Assembly (NCBI GenBank): GCA_947074105.1 | Contig: CAMTON010000006.1 | Location: 3,445-67,444, forward strand | Reading direction: 5' to 3' | Origin: an uncultured Bacteroidales bacterium | GTDB taxonomy: Bacteria; Bacteroidota; Bacteroidia; Bacteroidales; JAUNSR01 | DNA: 64,000 bases | Part shown: positions 7,913 through 16,901 of the stretch, in pieces | Position numbering within the stretch: position 1 is the stretch's first letter | How the letters are laid out: each line of letters starts with the position of its first letter | Notes under the pieces: model-generated | Told to the model about the DNA's origin: nothing | What the model saw: only the letters and a program-made list of their open reading frames with translations | The model's database searches: none | Made by a program: the position numbers and the translations under genes

Positions 7913-9886
7913 TTAGATATTAAACTTCAGGCCGATTGTAAGACGTGTTCCCTGATCAGGATATACAGGCGACATTGTGCAGTATTTCTTATTGAAAATA
8001 TTTTTCACGTCACCGTAAACAGATACCGGAATCACAGGAATCTTATAAGTCAGATTAGCGTCAAAATTGTAATAATCACCGATTTTTGTATCCGGATAAC
8101 CCGGAGATGTAGGTTTCACAAAACGGTTGTTTATATATTCGCTGACATAGCGTCCCATTATATTAAGAGTTGCGCCGTATTTTGAATATGTAAGACCCGC
8201 GCTTGCTATAAATTGAGGAGCGCCTTTATACTTGACACCTGTTTCTTCCTCGATATAGCATTCCGAAGCATTGGCAAAACCTGAAAGAGAATTAAAGAAT
8301 GTCTTCGACTTAAATCCGACCTCAATACCTATTCTTTTCAGATCATTTACAGTATAATAATATGCATTGGATACAGATGTCGAATTCGGCACCTCTTCAT
8401 CTCCCATTGTATAAGCATTTTTGCTGTCATGGAAATATCCCGTTACAGTAAACATCCCCAGACACGGTACATTGATATTTGAGCCAAGCTCTACAGATTT
8501 ACGTTTTTCATCCTGAAGATTGATTGGATTTCCGTCGCTGTCTTTTGTCATGGCATTTACCGGTGCTGCGATACGACCGATACTTCCCACAAGGTTAAGT
8601 GCCACATTTTTGCTTACAGGCAACGTAAAACCTATGTTTCCGTTGAAATATCCCGGCTGCCATTCATCTGCTACACCGTTATAATCCGAATAATGTTCTT
8701 TTATATATTTTACTCCAAGGTCAATACTACCTCTTTTGAATTTGTGCTCATCGATAAATGCGAACATCATCTTCTCCCTTTTTCCGATTGAAACACTTGT
8801 ATTATAATAGTTCTCTCCCGTAATTATGTAATAATCACCCGCAAGTCTCATTGTATTGTTTTTGCAGAGATTTACAGTCTGGACAAGACTGAAGTCGGTA
8901 GTATAAAGGCTTTCATTAGAAACTTTATTTCCGTTATCAAATTTCCTGTTATCAGCATAATAATAATAACGGAATTCAGTCGAACCGAATTTGCCTTCAT
9001 CGAAATGAACTTTGGCTATACTAGCCTGTATCTTCTGAGGATCATATTTCCATGTCTGAGCCTTGTTTGCTGCAATAAGCTCGCCGTTATCCTGAGATAT
9101 TAAGAACTGACGTGAACCGGTAATATAAAACTGCTGATATTCCAGATATATTTTTTTTGTAACATCAAAACGAACCTTACCATACAGATTCCAGCGATGT
9201 TCTGCACCGTTAAGATCTTTAGGACCGTCGGTATCGTCTCTTGTGACACTTGCCACATATCTTAAACCTTTTATCTTATCACCGATTATAGCGGATGCTC
9301 TTGTTGTATTGAAAGTTCCGTATGAAGCATTGACTCCGATATGAGTCTTATCAAAATATTTCGTTTTCAGATTTACCGAACTGTTTAAACCTGTACCTCC
9401 GTAAGCAAGTGAATTTGAAGATCTGGTAACTTCAATTTCTTCAAGCATATCTGTCGATAAAGATGTCGGACCGTCATAAAAGTTCATCAGTGTCATTCCG
9501 TCTATAGCATATTCCGAACTCTGACCTCTTACATAAAAAAATTCTTTGTGTTTTCGCCCCTGCTCTCTCACCTCACCACCCAGAGTATATTTCAAAGCAG
9601 ACGAAAGATTGGTTGCACCTATATTTTCTATATCAAGCGAAGTTATTTTAGATACCATTGTACTCCATGATTTAGGCTGTTCCGCAACATTATCTTTTAT
9701 ATTTCTGTTTGCAACTACCTCTACACCTTCGAGGCTTCTGTCGACTGTAGTATCAGCGGGAATTCCTGTTTCTGTAGAATTCTGTGCCATTGAAACTCCT
9801 CCGGCAGTAATTAAAACGATAGACGAAGCCAGCCTTTTTAAGTTTCTTTTTTCTCTCTTAATTGATTTACCTCTTAAAATTTTCAT
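7913..9886 (-). CDS. TonB-dependent receptor
   Basis: 657 aa with a signal sequence, a plug region (LEGVEVVANR...TSLDIENIGATNLSSALKY) and a C-terminal beta-barrel ending ...RLTIGLKFNI. First gene of a six-gene operon with 11-15 nt gaps. Confidence 0.85.
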   Translation of the reverse strand: MKILRGKSIKREKRNLKRLASSIVLITAGGVSMAQNSTETGIPADTTVDRSLEGVEVVANRNIKDNVAEQPKSWSTMVSKITSLDIENIGATNLSSALKYTLGGEVREQGRKHKEFFYVRGQSSEYAIDGMTLMNFYDGPTSLSTDMLEEIEVTRSSNSLAYGGTGLNSSVNLKTKYFDKTHIGVNASYGTFNTTRASAIIGDKIKGLRYVASVTRDDTDGPKDLNGAEHRWNLYGKVRFDVTKKIYLEYQQFYITGSRQFLISQDNGELIAANKAQTWKYDPQKIQASIAKVHFDEGKFGSTEFRYYYYADNRKFDNGNKVSNESLYTTDFSLVQTVNLCKNNTMRLAGDYYIITGENYYNTSVSIGKREKMMFAFIDEHKFKRGSIDLGVKYIKEHYSDYNGVADEWQPGYFNGNIGFTLPVSKNVALNLVGSIGRIAAPVNAMTKDSDGNPINLQDEKRKSVELGSNINVPCLGMFTVTGYFHDSKNAYTMGDEEVPNSTSVSNAYYYTVNDLKRIGIEVGFKSKTFFNSLSGFANASECYIEEETGVKYKGAPQFIASAGLTYSKYGATLNIMGRYVSEYINNRFVKPTSPGYPDTKIGDYYNFDANLTYKIPVIPVSVYGDVKNIFNKKYCTMSPVYPDQGTRLTIGLKFNI

Positions 9887-10123
9887 ACCACATTAATTAA
9901 TTGATTTAACCTTAAACACACCGATATCCATTTTTATTATAACGGATATTACTTAAATCACAATTAATATGCCACGATAAACACTTTTATCATATATTCT
10001 TGATATTCAAACCATTAACACAAACACAACAATGATCAAAAATTTCCTAAATGTAATATCCATATATAACCATACATTTATGTAGTCTTTTTAAGGATCC
10101 CGGGAAGCATCCGAACGATAGCC

Positions 10124-10198
10124 TTACGGAGCGCCTCCGGCTTGCGGACGGAGGCACATAGAACTTCTGACGGAAGTCAGTAATAATCCTCTCCGTAA
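10124..10198 (-). ncRNA. candidate structured 5' leader (three-way junction) upstream of the TonB-receptor operon
   Basis: 8-bp closing helix TTACGGAG/CTCCGTAA (10124-10131 / 10191-10198). It encloses hairpins GCCTCCG-N9-CGGAGGC (10133-10155) and CTGAC-N4-GTCAG (10167-10180). It is a GC-rich island in an AT-rich 730-bp intergenic region. No known riboswitch consensus recognised. Confidence 0.3.
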
Positions 10199-10632
10199 TC
10201 GTAAGTGTCATTTCCGGAAGTCGCATTAAAAGATCCGGCGTATTTATAATTATACAGTTTTTCCTGATTATGAATAATAAAGATTGATTTGGAAATTCAT
10301 AATATGTTCGTATAGATTTTATATATTTACAATAACTTTTAAACACCGGAATATATATCTACATAAATATGATCAGCTAATCAGAAAAGCTGCAGAATAG
10401 AAGTTCATCTTTTTCCGTTAACGAATTTACAGGAACATCTTATAATATATCTCTGTAATTTAGCACATTATCGAAATGACAATAATTTATAATTTCATAA
10501 ATTATGATACAGTTTGAAGAATATTAATATATAAACTACCGGTTTTATTTTAATACTATATTAAACCAATTATTAACCAATACAGGAATTCAATCTGTTA
10601 CATGACATTGATTCTTGAAAAACAAAAGTTAC

Positions 10633-12720
10633 ATGAAACACTTAATTTTGTTTTTATCAATTGCTTATAGTTCGCTATCATTATTTGCGCAGACCACAGA
10701 GTCAAAGATTATTGACAAGAAAAGTAATGGCCCATACAAATCCATCGCGGTAAGTGACAGAAGTTTGCCAGATTATGTCATTTATCGGCCCAAAAATCTA
10801 AAACAGCTAAAAAAGAAGTCAGGAAATGTCCCTTTATTCATATTCGCTAATGGAGGATGCAATGATACGTCAATACCATATGAGAGATACCTTTCGGAAA
10901 TGGCTTCACACGGATATATGGTGATAGCACTTGGCTCATTACAAAAAGAGATAAATGACAGAGAGATAAAAAAGACAGAAGTAAATATGATTCCGAAAGC
11001 CATCGACTGGATGCTTTCACAAAATGCTGATAAGAATAGCGAATATTACGATATTATCTCAACCGATAAAATTGCTATAGGCGGACATTCTTGTGGAGGT
11101 GCTGATGCTCTTAGTGTGGCTTCTGATCCGAGAGTAAAGACATACATGATGTTTAACTCAGGAATGGGAGATATGTCAATGTTTGGAGCTACTCCGAAAT
11201 CAATAAACAATATCCATGCTCCTGTTATTTATATTGCCGGAGGTCCTTCTGATATTGCGTATGAGAATGCGAAAAAGGATTTTGAACGTATTTCTCATGT
11301 TCCTGTAGTATTTTCCAATCTTATAGAAGGGGGGCATTCGGGAACTTTCGAGCAGAAGTACGGAGGCGATTTCACACGTATGACTCTTGATTGGTTTGAT
11401 TTTATATTTAAAGGTGAAAATAAATCAGATCTTTTTGTCAAAGGGAATCTTAAAGATTATCCGGGCTGGAGTTTATCATCTAAAAATTTCAATAAAGATT
11501 ATACAGTAAAGTCATCTGATCTTCAGAAATCTGAAATAAGACCTGAATTAGTATCAAAAATTGATTCTACTCTTAAATATATGGTTGAATCAGGAAAGAT
11601 AAATTGTGTAAGTGCTTTTGTTGCTAAGTCAGGTGATATAGTTTATAATAATTCTTTCGGATACAGAGATATGGCTAAAAAAGAACCGGCTTCTGTCGAT
11701 GATTATTATGTCATGTTCTCTCAGACCAAAGCTATCACAACCGTTGCTTTTATGACTCTTGTAGAACAGGGTCTGGTAGCGGTTAATGATCCGGTCTCTA
11801 AATATCTTCCTGAAATATCAAATGAAGTAGTTGTAAAAGTCAATGATGACGGAACATACACTACTCGTCCTGCTTCCACTCCCATGACTTTTGCACATCT
11901 TATGTCACATACATCAGGCCTTAATTCAGGAGAGGTAAAAAAAATCAGACAGATTGAAATGTCAAAAAAGAAGACAGACAATGCTGTAAAAATAATTGTA
12001 CCGGGACAGCATAGTTTCGGGGACGAGCACCATGCAAGTCTGGCCTCAAATATGCAGTCACTGCTTTCATATCCGTTAGGTTTTGATCCGGGAAGTCAAT
12101 GGGATTATCATATAAGCACAAACATGCTGGGTTATCTTATTGAGATTATTTCGGGTATGCCTGTACGCGATTATATAAAACAATATGTTCTTGAACCTTT
12201 AGAGATGAATGATACCGACTGGTATTTCTCTTCTGATAAGGCCTCACGTTTCGTAATGCCATATGATTATGTTGACGGAAAACTGATAGCGGGAAATTCT
12301 TCTTTTGGCAGAAATGCCATAGGTGATGACTATACTTATTGCGAAGCAACAATAGGCTTGAACGGGCCGGTCGGTGATTATGCTAAATTCTGTCAGATGC
12401 TTCTTAACAAAGGTGAATTCAGAGGACGTCGTATATTGAAACCTGAAAATGTAGAGTTAATGACAACTGTGAATCATTTACCGGAATCTAACTCCGGAGG
12501 TAAAGGATTTAAATTCGGTCTGGGATTCGAACTATACAACGAACATAAACGACCTGTTCAGCAGGTTTCCCCAACAGCTTTTGCATGGGCAGGAATGATG
12601 GGAACCGAGTATATAATAGATCCGGAGAATGATCTGATAGCACTTTTTTATCTGAATATGTTTAAAAAAGAATCAATGTATCCTTTATTCCTGGAGCAGG
12701 TATATGATGCTTTTAAATAG
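10633..12720 (+). CDS. secreted two-domain serine hydrolase: alpha/beta-hydrolase (esterase-like) fused to beta-lactamase-family serine hydrolase
   Basis: Signal peptide MKHLILFLSIAYSSLSLFAQ (ATG 10633; the track uses TTG 10615). GGHSCGG nucleophile elbow in the N-terminal half. SQTK (S-x-x-K) and the surrounding class-C/EstB-like region in the C-terminal half. Confidence 0.7.
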   Translation: MKHLILFLSIAYSSLSLFAQTTESKIIDKKSNGPYKSIAVSDRSLPDYVIYRPKNLKQLKKKSGNVPLFIFANGGCNDTSIPYERYLSEMASHGYMVIALGSLQKEINDREIKKTEVNMIPKAIDWMLSQNADKNSEYYDIISTDKIAIGGHSCGGADALSVASDPRVKTYMMFNSGMGDMSMFGATPKSINNIHAPVIYIAGGPSDIAYENAKKDFERISHVPVVFSNLIEGGHSGTFEQKYGGDFTRMTLDWFDFIFKGENKSDLFVKGNLKDYPGWSLSSKNFNKDYTVKSSDLQKSEIRPELVSKIDSTLKYMVESGKINCVSAFVAKSGDIVYNNSFGYRDMAKKEPASVDDYYVMFSQTKAITTVAFMTLVEQGLVAVNDPVSKYLPEISNEVVVKVNDDGTYTTRPASTPMTFAHLMSHTSGLNSGEVKKIRQIEMSKKKTDNAVKIIVPGQHSFGDEHHASLASNMQSLLSYPLGFDPGSQWDYHISTNMLGYLIEIISGMPVRDYIKQYVLEPLEMNDTDWYFSSDKASRFVMPYDYVDGKLIAGNSSFGRNAIGDDYTYCEATIGLNGPVGDYAKFCQMLLNKGEFRGRRILKPENVELMTTVNHLPESNSGGKGFKFGLGFELYNEHKRPVQQVSPTAFAWAGMMGTEYIIDPENDLIALFYLNMFKKESMYPLFLEQVYDAFK

Positions 12721-12837
12721 ACTAACCGTTTATTTCTATATATCGAAGAATACCCTTACTATAATATCATTGTTTAAGGAATAAAAGGTATATCAGTCAT
12801 ATAGAATTCTATATAAATGATATAAAAATCATACATT

Positions 12838-12876
12838 AAAGGGGAGAAAGATTCATATAAGAACTTTCTCCCCTTT
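12838..12876. terminator. bidirectional hairpin terminator between convergent genes
   Basis: AAAGGGGAGAAAG / CTTTCTCCCCTTT 13-bp stem. Confidence 0.65.
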
Positions 12877-12911
12877 ATGTCATTTATTAAAATTTTATTT
12901 CGGATATCTTA

Positions 12912-14147
12912 TTATTCAAATTCCGCAATAGTATGTTTTATTATATCGATACACTCCATCAACTGTTCTTCTGTGATAACAAGAGGAGGAGCAAATCTGA
13001 TGATATTCGTATGTGTCGGTTTTGCCAGCAAACCGTTGTCCGCAAGTTTCAGGCATATATCCCAGGCAAGATCTTTCTGAGAAGAATTATTGATAACAAG
13101 TGCATTCAAAAGTCCTTTTCCTCTTATATAATCGGCAATTTCTGATTTAGCACATAATTTTTCTATTTCGCTACGGAATATTTTCCCGAGTCTTTCCGCA
13201 TTTTCTGCAAGTTTCTCATCCTTTACAACGTTAAGAGCTTCAGTAGCAACCTGTGCTGCAAGAGGATTGCCTCCGAAAGTAGACCCATGCTGTCCGGGAC
13301 GTATCACATCCATTATTTCATTATCCGCAAAAACGGCAGAAACAGGGATTACACCTCCCGAAATTGCTTTTCCTAAAATAAGTATATCAGGGTGTACATT
13401 TTCATGATCGCATGCAAGAAGACGGCCTGTTCTTGCTATTCCAGTCTGCACCTCATCGGCAATGAAAAGTACGTTATGCTTCTTACAAAGATCATAACAG
13501 CTCTTCAGATAACCATCATGAGGGACATAAACTCCAGCCTCACCCTGTATCGGTTCGACAAGGAAACCGGCAATATTGGGGTTATTTTCAAGTACTTCTT
13601 TCAGTGCATCCACATTATCATAAGGGATTACCGTGAAACCCGGAGTATAAGGACCGTAGTTATCATAAGCGTCAGGATCTACTGAGAAAGAGATGATACT
13701 TATCGTTCTTCCGTGAAAGTTATTGCGGCAAACCACAATTTCAGCTTTTCCCTTTTCAACGCCTTTCTTTTCATAAGCCCATTTACGACAAAGTTTCATT
13801 GCTGTCTCAACAGCTTCGGCACCTGTATTCATCGGAAGAAGTTTGTCATAACCGAAATATTCAGTTGCCATTTTCTCATAATTTCCAAGGCGGTTATTAT
13901 AGAAGGCTCTTGATGTAAGAGTCAGGAGCTGAGCCTGATCAGTAAGAGCTTTTATTATACGCGGATGGCAATGACCCTGATTTACTGCAGAGTAAGCAGA
14001 AAGGAAGTCAAAATACTGTTTTCCTTCTACATCCCAGACAAAAACACCTTTTCCTTTTTCAAGCACAACAGGAAGCGGATGATAGTTATGTGCTCCATAA
14101 TGATGTTCAAGTTCCATCATCTGGTTTGCAATAGAGTTATTATTCAT
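12912..14147 (-). CDS. rocD: ornithine--oxo-acid aminotransferase
   Basis: 411 aa. [49 protein letters not shown] and DEVQTG...GKAISGG are hallmark class-III aminotransferase/OAT blocks. Confidence 0.85.
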   Translation of the reverse strand: MNNNSIANQMMELEHHYGAHNYHPLPVVLEKGKGVFVWDVEGKQYFDFLSAYSAVNQGHCHPRIIKALTDQAQLLTLTSRAFYNNRLGNYEKMATEYFGYDKLLPMNTGAEAVETAMKLCRKWAYEKKGVEKGKAEIVVCRNNFHGRTISIISFSVDPDAYDNYGPYTPGFTVIPYDNVDALKEVLENNPNIAGFLVEPIQGEAGVYVPHDGYLKSCYDLCKKHNVLFIADEVQTGIARTGRLLACDHENVHPDILILGKAISGGVIPVSAVFADNEIMDVIRPGQHGSTFGGNPLAAQVATEALNVVKDEKLAENAERLGKIFRSEIEKLCAKSEIADYIRGKGLLNALVINNSSQKDLAWDICLKLADNGLLAKPTHTNIIRFAPPLVITEEQLMECIDIIKHTIAEFE

Positions 14148-14153
14148 TATTAT

Positions 14154-15086
14154 TTAAGAATTAAACGGATTATAAATTTCTGCCATCATACACCTTACAC
14201 TTCCGCCACCATAAAACTCAATGGTCGGGATATTTACCGGAATAAGACGGTTGTAAGAACTAAGTCGGTTAATCTGTTCCTGAAAGAGAGATTTACAGGC
14301 AGAACCGGAGAGAATAAGTAAAGGTTCATCATTAGCACCTTTTATCTGGAGCATATTTCCGGCGAAATTATGAATCTGCTGTTCTGTAAGCTCTATGATC
14401 TCCTTTCCTGATTCAGAGATTGTCTTTTTAAGTTTTTCTCTTTCTTCTTTATTATCAATACATTCAAGACAAACTACAGTGAATTTATCGCCGACACACA
14501 TCATGACATTTGTATGATATATAGGTTTTCTTTCCTCTCCTACTGTCTGATATGCAGTAAAAGAACACGGATTATATCCGAAATCATTACAGAACTTTTC
14601 AAGAAGCGCTTTATCTGTTCTTTTAGAAATAGCAGCATATGCAATCTTATTTTCTCTGTCAAGGACCATGCTTCCTGTGCCTTCAAGAAAAGATGGCATC
14701 TTCCTTTTTTCTGCATCGGTATAATCAATGATATCATTGATTATCAGGCCTTCCCTTTTCAGTACTTCAAGAATATCCACTCTTCTTTCAAGGCGTCTGT
14801 TTTCTGCTAACATAGGATATAAAGCGACATTTCCCGATTCGTGAAAACTTATCCAGTTGTTAGGGAATATAGAATCCGGAGTATGCGGAGATAGTGTGTC
14901 GGCAACAGATATCACATTTACACCAAGAATTCTCAATGTCTGAACCATAGTGTCGTATTCATTCAGTGCTTTATTCTGAATTTCCTGAGCCGGAGTCATT
15001 TCTTTCTTCTGAAAAAAATTATCCTTCGCCGTATCTTCATTAAAGCCGAACGCGACAGGCTGTATCATTAATATATTAGAAGTCAT
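14154..15086 (-). CDS. ctlX: citrulline utilization hydrolase CtlX-like (amidinotransferase/DDAH superfamily)
   Basis: N-terminus ILMIQPVAFGFNEDTAKDNFFQ and C-terminal catalytic GGGSVRCMMAEI. Confidence 0.6.
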   Translation of the reverse strand: MTSNILMIQPVAFGFNEDTAKDNFFQKKEMTPAQEIQNKALNEYDTMVQTLRILGVNVISVADTLSPHTPDSIFPNNWISFHESGNVALYPMLAENRRLERRVDILEVLKREGLIINDIIDYTDAEKRKMPSFLEGTGSMVLDRENKIAYAAISKRTDKALLEKFCNDFGYNPCSFTAYQTVGEERKPIYHTNVMMCVGDKFTVVCLECIDNKEEREKLKKTISESGKEIIELTEQQIHNFAGNMLQIKGANDEPLLILSGSACKSLFQEQINRLSSYNRLIPVNIPTIEFYGGGSVRCMMAEIYNPFNS

Positions 15087-15119
15087 AATTGAAAGATTTT
15101 GGAATTATTCGAATGGAAA

Positions 15120-16040
15120 CTATTCGTCTTTTCTTATAAGAGGTAGTGTAGAACATCTCAGCAGTCCACCCATTTTTGAAATTTCATGATATGGTATTCT
15201 TTCAACCATGATATTCCATTTATCTTCAAGATGTCGGTTAAGTCGCTCAAAACGCGCTTCACTAACAACAATTTCAGGAGATATTGAAAAGATATTTGAG
15301 TTCATGTAATACATCTCTTCTGTTGTGATCTCAAACAGATTTTCCTTCCCGAAAATATCACATATACGTTTATATGATTCAGGGTTAAGAAAGCCGTCTT
15401 TATAAATTATCGCCTTATCCTTTCCGACAGGCATAAATGTACAGTCAAGGTGAAGTATTCCTTTTCTAGGATCTGTGTTATCTTTCTTAAGATCAAAAGC
15501 AATGAAAGTCTTTTCCGGACATATATCCTTAAGAAATTCAAAAGCATACATGTTTGTCCTTGCTGTTTTCATCTTAGGATAATCCGGCTGATTATAAGTA
15601 CCAACAAATACCAGATCATTGTATAGTACGACGTCACCACCTTCTACATGGGCTTTTTCCGGAAGATTAAAAATCTTATTATAGGATATCTGAGTATATA
15701 TATTCTCATAAGCCTCTTTTTCATCTTCGCGGTCCGGAATGATATTTGAAACGATAATCTTGTCATTGATAACAAAGCCTACATCTCTCGCAAAAACCTG
15801 GTTGCAGTCGCTTAGCATCCATGGACGGAATACCTGAACGTTATGTTTTTTAAGAACTCTGTCAAACATCGTCATTTCCTTAAACACATCTTCTTCTCTG
15901 GGATATGTTCCGAGAATTACCGATTCATAAGACTTTGCATCATAAGTTTCTTTTAAAGTGGGAGTTTTTCCCAGTGAAGCCGGTTGGCCCAATACCACAG
16001 CCTGTAATTTAGAAGTCTCGTTATTTATATGTAATTGCAT
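15120..16040 (-). CDS. arginine deiminase/dimethylarginine dimethylaminohydrolase-family (amidinotransferase fold) protein
   Basis: C-terminal GGLLRCSTLPL catalytic Cys motif and HLDCTF block. ATG 16040 (MQLHINNETSKL...) is preferred over the upstream track start. Confidence 0.65.
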   Translation of the reverse strand: MQLHINNETSKLQAVVLGQPASLGKTPTLKETYDAKSYESVILGTYPREEDVFKEMTMFDRVLKKHNVQVFRPWMLSDCNQVFARDVGFVINDKIIVSNIIPDREDEKEAYENIYTQISYNKIFNLPEKAHVEGGDVVLYNDLVFVGTYNQPDYPKMKTARTNMYAFEFLKDICPEKTFIAFDLKKDNTDPRKGILHLDCTFMPVGKDKAIIYKDGFLNPESYKRICDIFGKENLFEITTEEMYYMNSNIFSISPEIVVSEARFERLNRHLEDKWNIMVERIPYHEISKMGGLLRCSTLPLIRKDE

Positions 16041-16208
16041 AAACTTGCTATTTTTATGCAAATGTATATTTTTATCATAAAAATACAAAAAGAAGTCAAA
16101 AAAAATTCAAACTTTTTTTTGACAACTGTAAATCAACCTTTTAATAAAACTTATTATTTTCTGAGTCAGATAATATTTACCGGCTGGAAAAAATAGCCGG
16201 ATTATTTT

Positions 16209-16901
16209 TTAATATTTCAGGCAATCATTTATAAGATGGCAATATTTTTCGTTTATGTTTTTACTGATATTATCAATAAGGATATCAAATTGAGATGAAT
16301 CATAAGTAGATGTGATATTTCCGTTTTCAAGAACAGAAATAGAATCACAGATTGAAGTAAGGGTTTCAAGGATATGAGAAGTTATAATGATAGTTTTCTG
16401 CATTTCAGCCAATTTTCGGCAAACAATCTGCAATACGGAAACTGATTCAAGATCAAGTCCGTTAAACGGCTCATCAAGAATAATCAGATCTTTATCTGAC
16501 GAAATAACTCCGAGAAGAGCAAGTTTTTTCTTCATTCCTGTTGAATATGTTTCAACAAAGCTGTCAAGAGGAAGCCTGAATACCGACTGCCATAAATCAA
16601 TATCGAATTTAGAATTATGGTACCGGAACAGATTTAGATAATCCCGGCCTGTAATATTTGAATAGAAGAAATTCTCAGATTCAAGATATGCTATCTGTGA
16701 ACGGTGGAGAGTCTTTCCGTTGAACTTTATCTTATTTCTTTCTATATCTGTAAGATCATATATAGAATTAAGCAATGTAGTTTTTCCTGCTCCATTATAG
16801 CCTACGATGCCATTTACTGAAGAAGTATTCAAAGTCAGTGATAAATTGCTTAATACTTCTTTATCATGATATTTAACCGATAAATCATTTATTATAAACA
16901 T
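16209..16901 (-). CDS. ABC transporter ATP-binding protein
   Basis: Walker A GYNGAGKTT, signature YSTGMKKK, Walker B LIILDEPFNGLD. Confidence 0.85.
   Translation of the reverse strand: MFIINDLSVKYHDKEVLSNLSLTLNTSSVNGIVGYNGAGKTTLLNSIYDLTDIERNKIKFNGKTLHRSQIAYLESENFFYSNITGRDYLNLFRYHNSKFDIDLWQSVFRLPLDSFVETYSTGMKKKLALLGVISSDKDLIILDEPFNGLDLESVSVLQIVCRKLAEMQKTIIITSHILETLTSICDSISVLENGNITSTYDSSQFDILIDNISKNINEKYCHLINDCLKY

Noticed and set aside
10095-10104. Overlapping BamHI/SmaI sites (GGATCCCGGG) reminiscent of a cloning polylinker
   Set aside because: This is an isolated 10-mer with no other vector-like sequence around it. It forms part of the local GC-rich hairpin region, so it is most likely coincidental.
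10095-10235. Cobalamin riboswitch upstream of a BtuB-sized receptor plus BtuF-like binder
   Set aside because: The conserved B12-box and GCCACTG elements, and the GGGAA...GGTG...AATCC core, are absent on both strands. It is kept only as an unclassified structured element.
10047-10346. 99-aa ORF on the minus strand in the receptor-operon leader
   Set aside because: The composition is not protein-like (runs of R/S/I, no motif). It overlaps the GC-rich hairpin island, which explains the open frame. No plausible promoter or start context.
16181-16209. CCGGCT...AGCCGG hairpin followed by a T-run on the plus strand
   Set aside because: The T-run is on the plus strand, where no gene ends. On the minus strand (downstream of the ABC operon) no U-tract follows, so it is not called as a terminator.
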